A DNA stretch of 64,000 nucleotides from a bacterium (GCA_021463645.1 JAJTYI010000006.1:181692-245691), one strand, 5' to 3'. Counted from the stretch's first letter, positions 1-10,157 are shown. Notes: generated by a model not told the origin, from the sequence alone. Translations and numbers: made by a program.

Positions 1-1093
1 ATTTGGTTGTACGTAGTTCTTCCCACAAACGACCTTGTTCCCTTGTGAGTTTGGTAGGGATTACTACCTCTACCTTCACGTATTGGTCTCCATTACCTTT
101 TCCACGGAATTTGGGTGCACCTAGTCCAGTCATTTTCAATACGGTTTCTGGTTGTGTACCTGCGGGGATTTTCAATTCCTTGTCACCATGGACTGTGGGG
201 ATTTTGGTAGTGACTCCAAGCGTTGCAACTGGTGCAGAAACTTCGATTTCAAGATAAATGTCGTCTCCGCGACGTTCGAATTTGTCGTGTGGTTTGACTT
301 CTATGTTCAAAAACAAATCGCCGTTTGGACCTCCTTTTAATCCTGCACTTCCGCGATCTTTGAATCTAAGTGTTACTCCGTCTGGGATTCCTTGAGGAAT
401 CTTTACTTTGAAAAGTGTGTTTTCATTAATAATTCCGTCACCGGAACATTTGGTACATTTATCTTTGATGATTTTCCCTTCTCCACGGCATTCAGGGCAG
501 GTCGTAACTGTTTGGAAGTTCCCTAGGAAAGTTTGTTGCGTTCTCCTCACTTGTCCCTGTCCGTTACAGGTGGGGCAAGTTATTGGAGTAGTGCCTTTTT
601 CTGCTCCAGTCCCATTACATTCTTTACATTTGGTTTTTCTCGAGTACTCGATCGTTTTCTCGGTACCGAAAACAGCATCCATAAAGTCAACTTTTAGAGT
701 AGCTTCGATGTCTCGACCTCTTCTACTTCCATTGTCTGATCGTCTAGGTTGTCCTCCAAATCCTGAAAATCCTCCACCAAAGAATTGCTCAAAAATGTCT
801 CCAAAACCTGAGAAGTCATTGAAATCATAAGTACCACCGCCGTAGCCATATGGCGATCCTCCACCAAATCCCTGGGTGGCTGCATGTCCGTACTGATCGT
901 ATGCTGTTTTCTTTTGGTCGTCTGAGAGGACTTCGTATGCTTCTTGGACTTCTTTGAATTTGGCTTCTGCGTCTTGTGCCTTATTACGATCTGGATGAAA
1001 TTCTTTGGCTAATTTTCGATATGCGGATTTAATCTCTTGTTTAGAGGCACCTTTCTTAAGTCCTAAGACTTCATAATAATCTCTCTTTTCCAT
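1..1093 (-). CDS. dnaJ: Molecular chaperone DnaJ (C-terminal end runs off the left edge)
   Basis: Absent from the ORF track because no stop lies in-window. Reverse translation from the ATG (complement of 1091-1093) gives [37 protein letters not shown] (J domain with HPD). A G/F-rich linker follows, then four zinc-finger motifs: [32 protein letters not shown]. Confidence 0.93.
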   Translation of the reverse strand, partial: MEKRDYYEVLGLKKGASKQEIKSAYRKLAKEFHPDRNKAQDAEAKFKEVQEAYEVLSDDQKKTAYDQYGHAATQGFGGGSPYGYGGGTYDFNDFSGFGDIFEQFFGGGFSGFGGQPRRSDNGSRRGRDIEATLKVDFMDAVFGTEKTIEYSRKTKCKECNGTGAEKGTTPITCPTCNGQGQVRRTQQTFLGNFQTVTTCPECRGEGKIIKDKCTKCSGDGIINENTLFKVKIPQGIPDGVTLRFKDRGSAGLKGGPNGDLFLNIEVKPHDKFERRGDDIYLEIEVSAPVATLGVTTKIPTVHGDKELKIPAGTQPETVLKMTGLGAPKFRGKGNGDQYVKVEVVIPTKLTREQGRLWEELRTTK

Positions 1094-1190
1094 CGTTTAG
1101 CAGTCGTATGAATTGAATGCTAACTATTATAGCAGAAAATTTGTTCATATTTTTACGAAAATTATAAAAGTTTTATCAAGACTATTAATT

Positions 1191-2804
1191 ATGTTAAAAT
1201 GCTCAATTAGAAGTAACTTTCCAATATTGAAGAAGAAAACAGAAAAAACAAAATCATTTGAAATTGGCAGAACACCTGTTATTGCTGTGATGGGTCACGT
1301 CAACCACGGGAAGACATCTTTGCTTGATGTTATACGTAAAACTCATGTACAGGAAAATGAAGCGGGTGGAATTACGCAAAACACTAGAGCACATCAAATC
1401 GACTACAAAGGATACAGGCTGACTTTTATTGATACACCAGGTCATGAAGCTTTTTCAGAGATGCGTTCCAGAGGTGCAAAAGTAACAGATATAGTAATGT
1501 TGGTTGTTGCTGCGGATGATGGAGTGCAACCTCAGACTAAGGAGTCAATAAAATTCGCTAAAATGGCTAAAGTACCTGTTGTTGTTGCGATAAACAAAAT
1601 AGATGTACCTGGAAAAAATCTCGATAAATTGAAACAAGAGCTTAGTAGCGCAGGTCTCGAGCTCGAAGAATATGGGGGAGATGTTATTATTACTGAAGTT
1701 TCAGCTAAAAAAGAAACAAATATTGATGGTTTATTAGAGAATTTATTATTAGTTGCGGAATTAAGCAATCTTAAACTTCATGACAAACCTGAGAATGGTC
1801 TAGCACAGGGTTTCGTGCTTGAGTCTAACTTAGATAAAAATGTTGGTCCTGTTGCTTTGATTCTGATACAAGCAGGGACGGTGACATCGAATAATTATCT
1901 TGCATATGAAGGAAATGTCGACAAAGTAAGATCTTTACTTGATGAAAAACAAAATAAACTAGAAACCGCTCAACAAGGAGATCCTGTATGGATCACAGGC
2001 CTTGATAGGGTATTGCATACAGGAGAGACTGTGATATTTTGTGAAACTGAAAAACAGGCAAAAGCTATAGATAATAAAACTATTGAAGAACAGATTAAAA
2101 TTGTTAATGAAGTCGAAGAAGAGACAGAAGCTGAGAAAAATGATAATGATGTTGATTTATTAGCTTCTCTTATCAATTCTGCAAAAACCGAAGAAGAAAT
2201 TAAATATTTAAATGTAATTCTTAAGACATCTACCTCCGGGACCCTAGAGGCTGTCAAAGAACAGTTAGAGAATCTTGATAGTGATAAAGTTAAAATAAAA
2301 GTAATATTAGCTGGAGTTGGAAAGATTAACGAGAAAGATATACAAGCCGCACAAGCCTCGTATGGAATCGTAATCGGTTTCCAAGTTGAACCAGATAAAA
2401 ATATCGTTGAAATTGCCGAGAAAGATAAAATTTTGCTTAAAAATTACGAAATAATCTATGAGATGCTCGACGAACTAGGGGAAGTTCTCGATTCGATGGA
2501 AGATCCAGTCCATGAAGAAGTCGAAGTCGCTAAAGCATCTGTTAAAAAAGTATTTGTTCTTTCAAACGGGAAATTTGTAGCTGGCTGTGTAGTAGAGAAA
2601 GGGAATGTTGTGAAAGGCTATAAAGTTTATGTGATGCGCGATGAAATCAGACTAGAACAAGATGCAAAGATAGTATTATTAAAAAAGCAAAAAAATGAAG
2701 TAAAAGAAGTGAAGAAAGGCGAAGAATGTGGAATTATGCTCGATCCTAATTTTGAGATTAAAGAAGGCGACGTAATCGTATGTTACAAAATGGAAAGGGT
2801 TTGA
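1191..2804 (+). CDS. infB: Translation initiation factor IF-2 (short form, no long N-terminal region)
   Basis: G-domain motifs VIAVMGHVNHGKTSLLD, DTPGHEAF and NKID, plus the C-terminal IF-2 domain. The ORF opens at TTG 1113, only 20 nt from the divergent dnaJ start, so ATG 1191 is preferred. The start remains uncertain. Confidence 0.9.
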   Translation: MLKCSIRSNFPILKKKTEKTKSFEIGRTPVIAVMGHVNHGKTSLLDVIRKTHVQENEAGGITQNTRAHQIDYKGYRLTFIDTPGHEAFSEMRSRGAKVTDIVMLVVAADDGVQPQTKESIKFAKMAKVPVVVAINKIDVPGKNLDKLKQELSSAGLELEEYGGDVIITEVSAKKETNIDGLLENLLLVAELSNLKLHDKPENGLAQGFVLESNLDKNVGPVALILIQAGTVTSNNYLAYEGNVDKVRSLLDEKQNKLETAQQGDPVWITGLDRVLHTGETVIFCETEKQAKAIDNKTIEEQIKIVNEVEEETEAEKNDNDVDLLASLINSAKTEEEIKYLNVILKTSTSGTLEAVKEQLENLDSDKVKIKVILAGVGKINEKDIQAAQASYGIVIGFQVEPDKNIVEIAEKDKILLKNYEIIYEMLDELGEVLDSMEDPVHEEVEVAKASVKKVFVLSNGKFVAGCVVEKGNVVKGYKVYVMRDEIRLEQDAKIVLLKKQKNEVKEVKKGEECGIMLDPNFEIKEGDVIVCYKMERV

Positions 2805-2842
2805 TAGACAAAAACTATTTGCTCCGATAAAACATTAATTAA

Positions 2843-3613
2843 ATGAATCTAAGAGAATTATACCTCAAGTTGAAGTTAAGTTTTTCTGCAGTCACCTTAC
2901 TGATTGTAATAAATGTTTTGTTTTTTGTGCTTAGTACAATAATCGGCTCATTTATAGGTTCCACAAGTGCATTGAGACTCCTTGGTGCAGAATATGTACC
3001 TGATATTCTTAGAGGTGAATATTGGAGGCTTGTGATGCCTGCATTTTTACACGCAGGAATCTTTCATTTGTTATTAAATATGTGGGCGCTTTACCATCTA
3101 GGTGGTGCTATTGAAACATTCTACGGACATGGAAAAGTCCTAGTAGTTTATGTTATTACAGGTTTTTTTGGTTCATTGTTTAGTGTTATTGCTTCACTTT
3201 CACAGATCTACTTCTCTCAGGGGACTGATGGTTTTTCAATCTCAGTCGGATCTTCAGCAGCTGTATTCGGTTTTGTTGGGTTATTAATTGGTAATAAATT
3301 CAAAAAAAACACTTTCTCGGTAAGTATTGATAATTATATTAATACCTCTCAACTCTGGTTTTTTGTGGGTGTAAACATACTTTTCGGTCTTGGCGTAAAC
3401 TTCATGGGAAGTGGTTTCGCGATTAACAACTTCGCGCATATTGGCGGATTTCTTTCTGGTTTGGTTTTGGGAGTTATTCTTGATTTAATAAATACAACCT
3501 ATCAGAGCAAATCAAAGAGTTTTATTGAAAAATTTTTATTTGTATTCGCATCCGTTCTGATTATTTTGAGTTTAATAGGACAATCAGTGTATATTTTTAC
3601 AAGTATTTATTAG
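2843..3613 (+). CDS. Rhomboid family intramembrane serine protease
   Basis: Polytopic membrane protein with WRLVMPAFLHAGIFHLLLNMWAL, the catalytic Ser context GSSAAVFG and the His context AHIGGFLSG. Confidence 0.85.
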   Translation: MNLRELYLKLKLSFSAVTLLIVINVLFFVLSTIIGSFIGSTSALRLLGAEYVPDILRGEYWRLVMPAFLHAGIFHLLLNMWALYHLGGAIETFYGHGKVLVVYVITGFFGSLFSVIASLSQIYFSQGTDGFSISVGSSAAVFGFVGLLIGNKFKKNTFSVSIDNYINTSQLWFFVGVNILFGLGVNFMGSGFAINNFAHIGGFLSGLVLGVILDLINTTYQSKSKSFIEKFLFVFASVLIILSLIGQSVYIFTSIY

Positions 3614-3630
3614 ATTATTAATTAAATAAC

Positions 3631-4215
3631 ATGGTAGCAGTAGTATTCGGAATCCCTGGCGTGGGTAAATCAACAATAGTTAATAGGGTAAAAGATGACC
3701 TCGGTTTAGTGTATATTCATCCAGGTAATATTATGTATGAAATCGCCTCAGAAAAGGGCATCGTCGAGAATGTTGATCAGATGAGAAAGCTGAAATTGTC
3801 AGTACAACAACAATTACAGGAAGAAATGGCTGGAGTTGTAGCAGAGAAAATTAACTCTCAGAAAGAAAATAGTTTCATAATAGATACTCATGCAATAGTC
3901 AAAACTCCCCAGGGGTTCTTCCCAGGCTTAAGAAATGCTTTCTTTGAAGTGGTACAACCTGACATCTATCTGGTCGTAGAGTCAAAACCCGAGATGATAT
4001 TACAGAGGAGGACTGCCGACAAGGATAGAGTTAGACAAGATGATCATTCACTAGATGAGATTTTGCTCCATATCGACCTTACGAGAGATTTCGCTTCAGC
4101 GTATTCGATATATAGCCAAGCAAATTTTGCTGTAATTGAAAACAAAGAAGGCGACATTGATTATGCAGTAAACGAAATGTCGGGAATAATTTCCAGATTT
4201 ATGGAAATACAGTAA
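3631..4215 (+). CDS. adkA: Adenylate kinase, archaeal type (AdkA family)
   Basis: 194 aa. P-loop GIPGVGKST, IDTHAIVKTPQGFFPGL and the QRRTADKDRVRQDD segment align along the whole length with archaeal AdkA as I recall it (Sulfolobus: GIPGVGKST, IDTHAVIRTPSGYLPGL, SRQKRDTTRNRNDY). Confidence 0.85.
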   Translation: MVAVVFGIPGVGKSTIVNRVKDDLGLVYIHPGNIMYEIASEKGIVENVDQMRKLKLSVQQQLQEEMAGVVAEKINSQKENSFIIDTHAIVKTPQGFFPGLRNAFFEVVQPDIYLVVESKPEMILQRRTADKDRVRQDDHSLDEILLHIDLTRDFASAYSIYSQANFAVIENKEGDIDYAVNEMSGIISRFMEIQ

Positions 4216-4326
4216 TTTGTTTTGATATACTTGCTTTAGAAATTATGAAAAACTACACCTTAATACAAAAATTCATGATGATGTACTCTCCACCGGGTTC
4301 ATAATCTATGGATTTATTGATTATCG

Positions 4327-4351
4327 GACCCCTAAAAAGGGGTCTTTTTTT
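4327..4351 (+). terminator. Rho-independent terminator
   Basis: Perfect 7-bp stem GACCCCT / AGGGGTC with AAAA loop, followed by T7. It lies downstream of adkA and inside the 5' part of the ORF-track ORF 4308-5168, which argues for the later start at 4371. Confidence 0.6.
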
Positions 4352-4370
4352 ATTTATTAATTTCTTAATT

Positions 4371-5168
4371 ATGTTTGTAACAATTATAAGCGACTGTAAT
4401 GATGCAAATGAATCAGCAAGGCAGTTAACTCGAGCCAACGTTTTATTCAATTGTCCCGCAAATTCATTGCGTCTAGGTAATTACTCCGATATCCAGTCTT
4501 CGGGAAACTTAATAGACATTCTAGATGCGAGTGAGGGTAGGGAGGGGGTAATAATTTTAAATGTTGCTCCTCGATTTGGAACGGCTAAAAGATGGTCAAA
4601 TGGTGTTCCTTTTGGATTCTTCCGTTATAAAGAGTCTATTGTGGTATTGACTGTAAACGATTTTGTATTAGCATTGTTAAAAAAGCTTGAGATAACAAAT
4701 GAAGTAAATGTCACACAAATCCCAGAGGTAATTGATACATTGATTAATCATAAATTGATAGTAGAGGATAATAGAGACTACATAATCAACACACAATTCA
4801 GAAGCTATGAGTACGCACCAAAGCTCGCAAAACTTGTGTTGGATGGTATTAATTTCCCTCTGGAAGTGATGAAAATCAGCGACAACCCTGAATTAGAGAA
4901 AGGGAAAGTATGGTTTATTGATAGTTTTGGAAATTGCAAAACTACGCTATTGAGAGATGAGTTAGAATTTTCAACTGATGGCTTTGTTAAAACGAGATGG
5001 GGGCATATTAAATTCTATGAAAGATTGAAGGACGTAGATAATGACAATCTGGGTATATATATTGGAAGTTCCGGAATAGGCCAAAAGCGATTTGCAGAGA
5101 TTACAATACAAGGAGGAAGTGCTTCTTCTGGAATTGGTATAAATATTGGTGACAATGTGCTTGTATAA
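4371..5168 (+). CDS. Divergent SAM hydroxide adenosyltransferase-like protein (DUF62 / chlorinase-fluorinase fold family)
   Basis: Colinear with DUF62 landmarks: VTIISDCN (cf ITLLTDFG), ILNVAPRFGT (cf VIDPGVGT), TQFRSYEYAPKLA (cf TFHGRDIFAP), VWFIDSFGNCKTTL (cf YIDRFGNLITN), and C-terminal GSASSGIGINIGDNV. Several catalytic-site residues differ. Confidence 0.6.
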   Translation: MFVTIISDCNDANESARQLTRANVLFNCPANSLRLGNYSDIQSSGNLIDILDASEGREGVIILNVAPRFGTAKRWSNGVPFGFFRYKESIVVLTVNDFVLALLKKLEITNEVNVTQIPEVIDTLINHKLIVEDNRDYIINTQFRSYEYAPKLAKLVLDGINFPLEVMKISDNPELEKGKVWFIDSFGNCKTTLLRDELEFSTDGFVKTRWGHIKFYERLKDVDNDNLGIYIGSSGIGQKRFAEITIQGGSASSGIGINIGDNVLV

Positions 5169-5173
5169 ATAGC

Positions 5174-5839
5174 CTAAATAGTGGATTTCGATTTTCTCCA
5201 GGCTTCAATATTGCTATGATTTCCACTTAGTAAAACCTCAGGGACAGTCCACTCACTGCCCTCGTCTGTTATGAACTTCTCTGGTCTGGTGTATTGAGGT
5301 GCTTCTGTTTTGTTTTCATCAGTGAATGATTCGTTTTCAATAGAAGTTTCGTTTCCTAAAACCCCTGGCAATAATCTCGTGACAGCATCTGTGATTACCA
5401 TTGCAGGGATTTCTCCTCCGGTTAAAACATATTGTCCAATTGAGATTTCGAGGTCAGCAATATGTTCCTTAACTCTTTCGTCAATTCCTTCGTAATGACC
5501 ACAAATGAAGATTATTGCCTCATATTTTGAAAAATCTCGTGCATGTTTCTGTGTAAAAACTTGCCCCTTTGCGCTCGTGAGAAGCACTAAAGTTTTTTTG
5601 TCCCCGATGGATTCTTGAATTTCTTTTACTGCTTTGTAGATAGGCTCGACCATCATAACCATTCCTGCACCACCACCGTATGGCCTATGATCGATTGTTT
5701 TATGTTTGTCAGTTGTCCATTTACGAATATTGTGTGTTTTTATTGTGATTAGTTCTTGCTCTTGTGCTCGTTTCAGGATGCTTTTACTGAATGGAGATTC
5801 GAACATTTCAGGAAAGGCTGTAATTATGTGAATTTGCAT
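5174..5839 (-). CDS. trmD: tRNA (guanine37-N1)-methyltransferase
   Basis: MQIHIITAFPEMF..., DHRPYGGGAGMVMMVEP, ICGHYEGIDERV, LTGGEIPAMVITDAV. Confidence 0.93.
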   Translation of the reverse strand: MQIHIITAFPEMFESPFSKSILKRAQEQELITIKTHNIRKWTTDKHKTIDHRPYGGGAGMVMMVEPIYKAVKEIQESIGDKKTLVLLTSAKGQVFTQKHARDFSKYEAIIFICGHYEGIDERVKEHIADLEISIGQYVLTGGEIPAMVITDAVTRLLPGVLGNETSIENESFTDENKTEAPQYTRPEKFITDEGSEWTVPEVLLSGNHSNIEAWRKSKSTI

Positions 5840-5957
5840 TTTATATTTAATTATTTTTAAATTGCATAGTTTTGTACTACTTAAAGAAAGCTTTGTTACT
5901 TTCCTTACTTTAATACCATCAAAAAATCAGGTATTATAGGTAAATACTACTTTCACA

Positions 5958-6704
5958 ATGCATCTTAATTATACAGCTAAAGGACAAGGCAAAAAAACGA
6001 TAATTTTGCTTCATGGTTGGGGTGGTAATTCGAAAAGTCTCACTCCGCTTCAGAACGAATTAATTAAATCAGGGAAATTCAGAGTTTTTAATATTGAATG
6101 GCCAGGTTTTGGCGATAGCCCTGTAATAAATCACTCAGCCAATTTAACTGATTATGTAAAATATCTAGAAGATTTTATAAAAAGTCAGAATTTACTAAGA
6201 CCCATCCTCGTTGGGCATTCGTTTGGTGGTAAAGTTGCAATGTCTATGCTAATAAATAATTCTGGAATCGCAGAGAAGTTAATTTTAATTAACTCCTCTG
6301 GAATAAAGCCGAGAAATAGTCTGAAAAAGGCAGCTCTATTTTTGCCAACAAAACTCTTTGGAAGTGTCTTTTCTTTGCCTGGATTAAAAAAAGTTAAACC
6401 ACTAACTAGAAAAATTTATTATAAAATTGTGGTTCGTGAATCTGATTATTTAAAGTCTGAAGAGCTGAGCGAGAGCTTGAAGTACATATTGGATGAGAAT
6501 TTGGATGAAAAAGTTAAAGACATAGAGGTTGAAACATTATTATTATGGGGGGAGAAGGACACCAGAACACCTTTATGGATGGCGGAATATCTTAGAGACG
6601 AAATACCTAACTCAAAACTCGAAGTTATAAAAGATGCACGACACAATTTGCCACTTGTACAACCTGAACTGGTATCAACCATGATATCGCTATTTATTAA
6701 ATAA
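5958..6704 (+). CDS. Alpha/beta hydrolase
   Basis: LLHGWGGNS oxyanion region, nucleophile elbow GHSFGG, and a C-terminal His context DARHNL. Confidence 0.8.
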   Translation: MHLNYTAKGQGKKTIILLHGWGGNSKSLTPLQNELIKSGKFRVFNIEWPGFGDSPVINHSANLTDYVKYLEDFIKSQNLLRPILVGHSFGGKVAMSMLINNSGIAEKLILINSSGIKPRNSLKKAALFLPTKLFGSVFSLPGLKKVKPLTRKIYYKIVVRESDYLKSEELSESLKYILDENLDEKVKDIEVETLLLWGEKDTRTPLWMAEYLRDEIPNSKLEVIKDARHNLPLVQPELVSTMISLFIK

Positions 6705-6709
6705 TTTAA

Positions 6710-8512
6710 ATGGACAAGTTTCTTGTACTTTACCTTTTATTAATTTTTCCTGCATTTATAGGAATCATTAGATATTTTCTTCAGTTATTGCAATTATGGC
6801 AGGTCAAAGAATATCGAATCGACCGAGTTGCATCGTATCTCCGATATGAGAAGAAGTACACACAAATTGGGACTATTCTTTGGTTAATGAAAATCGCCTT
6901 TCTCGTAAATGGTGTGCTGTATATCCTATATCCAAATGCAGGGTATCTATCGTTTACATACATACTTGCCTATGTTCTTTATTTCATGCATTTGGAGTGG
7001 TTTATAACAGATATAATAAGTCGACGGTTAGTGCGGCCAAGGGTTAAAAGTTTAAGAAATCTATTAATATCATCAGCAGTTCTTGCATTTATAGTTTCAA
7101 TTTATTCAAGGATTCTTGTATGGTTTTTACAGTTCGATTTTCATAATGTAAATTTTGTATCTCCCGAAGGACTTACATTAAAAAACCTTGCTGATACCTT
7201 CAATCCTGCCATCATCCAAAGCGAAGAAGTAATTCCACTTCTGACTTTAGTAGTTGGATTAACTCTTTGTGTTTCACTCTTTATAGATTTGTTAATTCCA
7301 TTTTGGACTTTTTTAATGGTGATGGCCACAGCACCGCTATCGTATATTTCTAGGAAACGAAAGATTATGGCTGCCAAGAGAATCATAAGAGAGAAGGGTA
7401 GCGGAATGAAAATTGTTGCGATTACAGGGAGTTATGGCAAAACAACCACCAAGGAATTAATTTACGAAATAATTAAAGACAAATATAAAGTTGCAAAAAC
7501 TCCACTAAACAACAATACTGCCGTTGGTTTAGCACAAGCAGTAAAAACATATATTAAAGGGGATACAGAAGTTTTCGTAGTCGAAATGGGTGCATATAGA
7601 AAAGGAGAAATTAAACAATCTACTAAAATCGTTTCCCCTGACATAGCCGTTGTTACGGCACTTTCACAACAACATGTGAGTTTGTTTGGTTCTGTCGAAA
7701 AATTATATCAAGCAAAATTTGAACTTATCGACGGACTTAAAGATGACGGTGTTGCCATTTTTAACGGCGATGATGAAAAATGTCAAATGATGTCTAGAGA
7801 AACAAGTAAGGAAAAAGTATTTTTCTTTAAGAAAAATTCAGAAGGGTTAAAATTCGATAAATTCAAGATGAATACAGATCAATTGAGCTCAGAAGATAAT
7901 AACTTGTACATTTCAAATGTAATAGATTTGGGGGATGTATTAGACGTACAAATAAGATACAAAGGAGAGATCTATCGATTTAAAGTTGGATTAAAGGAGG
8001 AAAGATTTACAATTAATCTTGCTGCGGCAATCTTAGTCGCGCTACAACTAGGTATGACTATGGACGATATAATTACGAAAATCTCGTCATGGAACTATTC
8101 TGTAGAATACCTAAAAGTACACAAAGGGATCAATGAATCCCTTATTATCGATGATGGAAAAACTTCGAATAAAGAAGGTTTTCTCTTAGCATTGGATTAT
8201 TTAAATAATAAGTTTGAAGGAAACAAGTGGGTTATGACACAAGGTATTATTGAACTAGGAAACGAAAGGTATTATACATACAAAGAACTTGCCGAAAATA
8301 TAGTAGAGGTATCAAATGGTTTAATTTCTAATGATGATAATCTAATCACAGCAGTTCGGAATGCAAAATCAAATTTCGTTGTAACGAAGGTAAACAACAT
8401 CAATGGTTTTGCAGATGCCTACAAGTTTAATGTAAAAAAAGGCGATAAAGTTTTAATAGAAGGAATATTCCCTCAAACAGTTTTAAATCAAATAATTGTC
8501 TATGATTCATAA
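6710..8512 (+). CDS. Mur ligase family protein (MurF-like) with an N-terminal polytopic membrane domain
   Basis: The first ~230 aa are hydrophobic helices. They are followed by the Mur ligase central domain: VAITGSYGKTTTKE, EMGAYRKGEI, PDIAVVTALSQQHVSLFGS, plus a C-terminal domain. Confidence 0.75.
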   Translation: MDKFLVLYLLLIFPAFIGIIRYFLQLLQLWQVKEYRIDRVASYLRYEKKYTQIGTILWLMKIAFLVNGVLYILYPNAGYLSFTYILAYVLYFMHLEWFITDIISRRLVRPRVKSLRNLLISSAVLAFIVSIYSRILVWFLQFDFHNVNFVSPEGLTLKNLADTFNPAIIQSEEVIPLLTLVVGLTLCVSLFIDLLIPFWTFLMVMATAPLSYISRKRKIMAAKRIIREKGSGMKIVAITGSYGKTTTKELIYEIIKDKYKVAKTPLNNNTAVGLAQAVKTYIKGDTEVFVVEMGAYRKGEIKQSTKIVSPDIAVVTALSQQHVSLFGSVEKLYQAKFELIDGLKDDGVAIFNGDDEKCQMMSRETSKEKVFFFKKNSEGLKFDKFKMNTDQLSSEDNNLYISNVIDLGDVLDVQIRYKGEIYRFKVGLKEERFTINLAAAILVALQLGMTMDDIITKISSWNYSVEYLKVHKGINESLIIDDGKTSNKEGFLLALDYLNNKFEGNKWVMTQGIIELGNERYYTYKELAENIVEVSNGLISNDDNLITAVRNAKSNFVVTKVNNINGFADAYKFNVKKGDKVLIEGIFPQTVLNQIIVYDS

Positions 8513-9521
8513 AGAAATAACAGATAAAAATTATTGGGAAGAATTTATTTCTACTAGTGGTTACAATACAAGTTTTTTTCAATCTTGGGCTTGGGGAGAA
8601 TTCGAAAAATCACTGGGTAAAAGCGTGGTTAGGATGGGATTCTATACGGATAATAAGTTAGAGGCAATCGCCCAAATTGTAAAAGTTAATGCAAAACGAG
8701 GAGTGTTCCTACATATAAGAAACGGCCCAGTAGTAGACTGGGATAATGAAATCCTTGTCAAAGAATTATTACTTGAATTAAAACTTATAGGAAAAGAACA
8801 AGATGTTGATTTTATTAGAATGAGTCCGCATATTAAACATTCCGAATATAATCCAAAATTGTGGAAAAAACACGGTTTTGTGTCTAACCAAATGCATGAT
8901 GTAGATGCAGAAATCACTTGGGTCTTAGATTTAACACAAGACCTGGAAACTATTTTGCAAAATATGCGAAAAAATACTCGGTATTACATACGCAAAGCCG
9001 AAAAGGAGGGGGTACGAATTTTTAAAAGCAAAAAAATTGAAGACTTAAAGAAGTTCTATGATGTATATGAGGATACTGTTAGAAGACAGAAGTGGAATGC
9101 TTATAATTACGAATATTTAAGAAAAGAATTTGATGTGTTCAGCAAAGAAGGTGACATATCGATTTATCTTGGGGATTATCAGGGTCAGATTATCGCAGCT
9201 TCGCTTTTTATTTACTATCTTGGAGAAACATTTTATCATCACTCGGGAACATTAACTGAATTCCAAAAAGTACCTGCGTCATATCTTTTGCAATGGGAGT
9301 CAATTAAGGATTCTAAGGAGAGAGGAATGACAAAATATAATTTCTTTGGTATAGCCAGAGATGACAACTCAAAGCACCCATGGGCAGGACTCACTTTCTT
9401 TAAGAAAGGTTTCGGAGGTGTAGAACAAAGATGGATGCACGCTCATGATCTACCAATAAAAAAGAAATATTGGTTGACATACTTCTATGAACGTTACGAA
9501 AGACTCAAAAGAGGATATTAA
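8496..9521 (+). CDS. FemAB-family peptidoglycan bridge-formation peptidyltransferase
   Basis: FFQSWAWGEFEKSLG at the N-terminus, 341 aa, with an internal RKNTRYYIRKAEKEG segment typical of FemAB/lipid II aminoacyl transferases. It overlaps the upstream MurF-like gene by 17 nt. Confidence 0.8.
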   Translation: MSMIHKEITDKNYWEEFISTSGYNTSFFQSWAWGEFEKSLGKSVVRMGFYTDNKLEAIAQIVKVNAKRGVFLHIRNGPVVDWDNEILVKELLLELKLIGKEQDVDFIRMSPHIKHSEYNPKLWKKHGFVSNQMHDVDAEITWVLDLTQDLETILQNMRKNTRYYIRKAEKEGVRIFKSKKIEDLKKFYDVYEDTVRRQKWNAYNYEYLRKEFDVFSKEGDISIYLGDYQGQIIAASLFIYYLGETFYHHSGTLTEFQKVPASYLLQWESIKDSKERGMTKYNFFGIARDDNSKHPWAGLTFFKKGFGGVEQRWMHAHDLPIKKKYWLTYFYERYERLKRGY

Positions 9522-10138
9522 TCCCTCTTGCTATGAGTTTTATGTGTTTTTCCTGCTTGTAATACATGTCCTAGTGTTGTGAATGTTGTCCCGAATACAA
9601 CTCCACTAAGGAAAGCAATTAGCAGGAACATATATAGAAAAGCGGAAGATTCAGTTTCAGTAGTCTTTGTAGATGCTGTTGTTGTTCCAAATAGAAGGAA
9701 TGCTTCCCCGCTATCTTCTTTGAAAACACCGTCAGGTCCCATATATGAGTTTCCCTCAGTTTTGGTAATTCTTAATTGAGAAAGGTTATCTTCTCTTTCA
9801 ACTGTGAAAACTCCTAAAACATCCCCGTATTCGAACACATCGGTGGCATTAGCAATATCAACACAGACTTTGGTTTCAGTAAATTTATTGTTTTCTTCAT
9901 CACAAACACCAATTGATAGTAGTCCATCATCTCCAGCACTGAAACTTGTGATTGTTCCGCCTTGAACTTCAAGTCTAAGCTGGACAGCTGTGCTATTCAT
10001 GTCTGGACTAGCAAGAACAATGAATGTTTGTAATTCACTGGTTTTTTCACTCTGAGATTCTACCGTAACAGCTTGTGAGATTTGTGTGAAAAGTGTTAAA
10101 AATACTACTGTAGCTAGGGCAAAGAAGAACTTTTTCAT
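9518..10138 (-). CDS. Secreted, C-terminally membrane-anchored cohesin-like protein (paralog 1)
   Basis: Signal peptide MKKFFFALATVVFLTLF, core AVQLRLEVQGGTITSF...LLSIGVCDEENN...VCVDIA, and a C-terminal TM plus basic tail. The cohesin assignment is tentative. Confidence 0.6.
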   Translation of the reverse strand: MKKFFFALATVVFLTLFTQISQAVTVESQSEKTSELQTFIVLASPDMNSTAVQLRLEVQGGTITSFSAGDDGLLSIGVCDEENNKFTETKVCVDIANATDVFEYGDVLGVFTVEREDNLSQLRITKTEGNSYMGPDGVFKEDSGEAFLLFGTTTASTKTTETESSAFLYMFLLIAFLSGVVFGTTFTTLGHVLQAGKTHKTHSKRD

Positions 10139-10157
10139 GGCAGTTTTTAAAAATAAA

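Noticed and set aside
3-830. Plus-strand ORFs 3-257, 152-340 and 408-830
   Set aside because: They lie antisense to or out of frame with a clear dnaJ gene on the minus strand (J domain, four CxxCxGxG motifs), and their translations are low-complexity with no motifs. They are shadow ORFs.
4245-4304. 19-codon mini-ORF (MKNYTLIQKFMMMYSPPGS) between adkA and the terminator
   Set aside because: It is too short to support without conservation or ribosome-binding evidence. It is noted only because it precedes a strong terminator.
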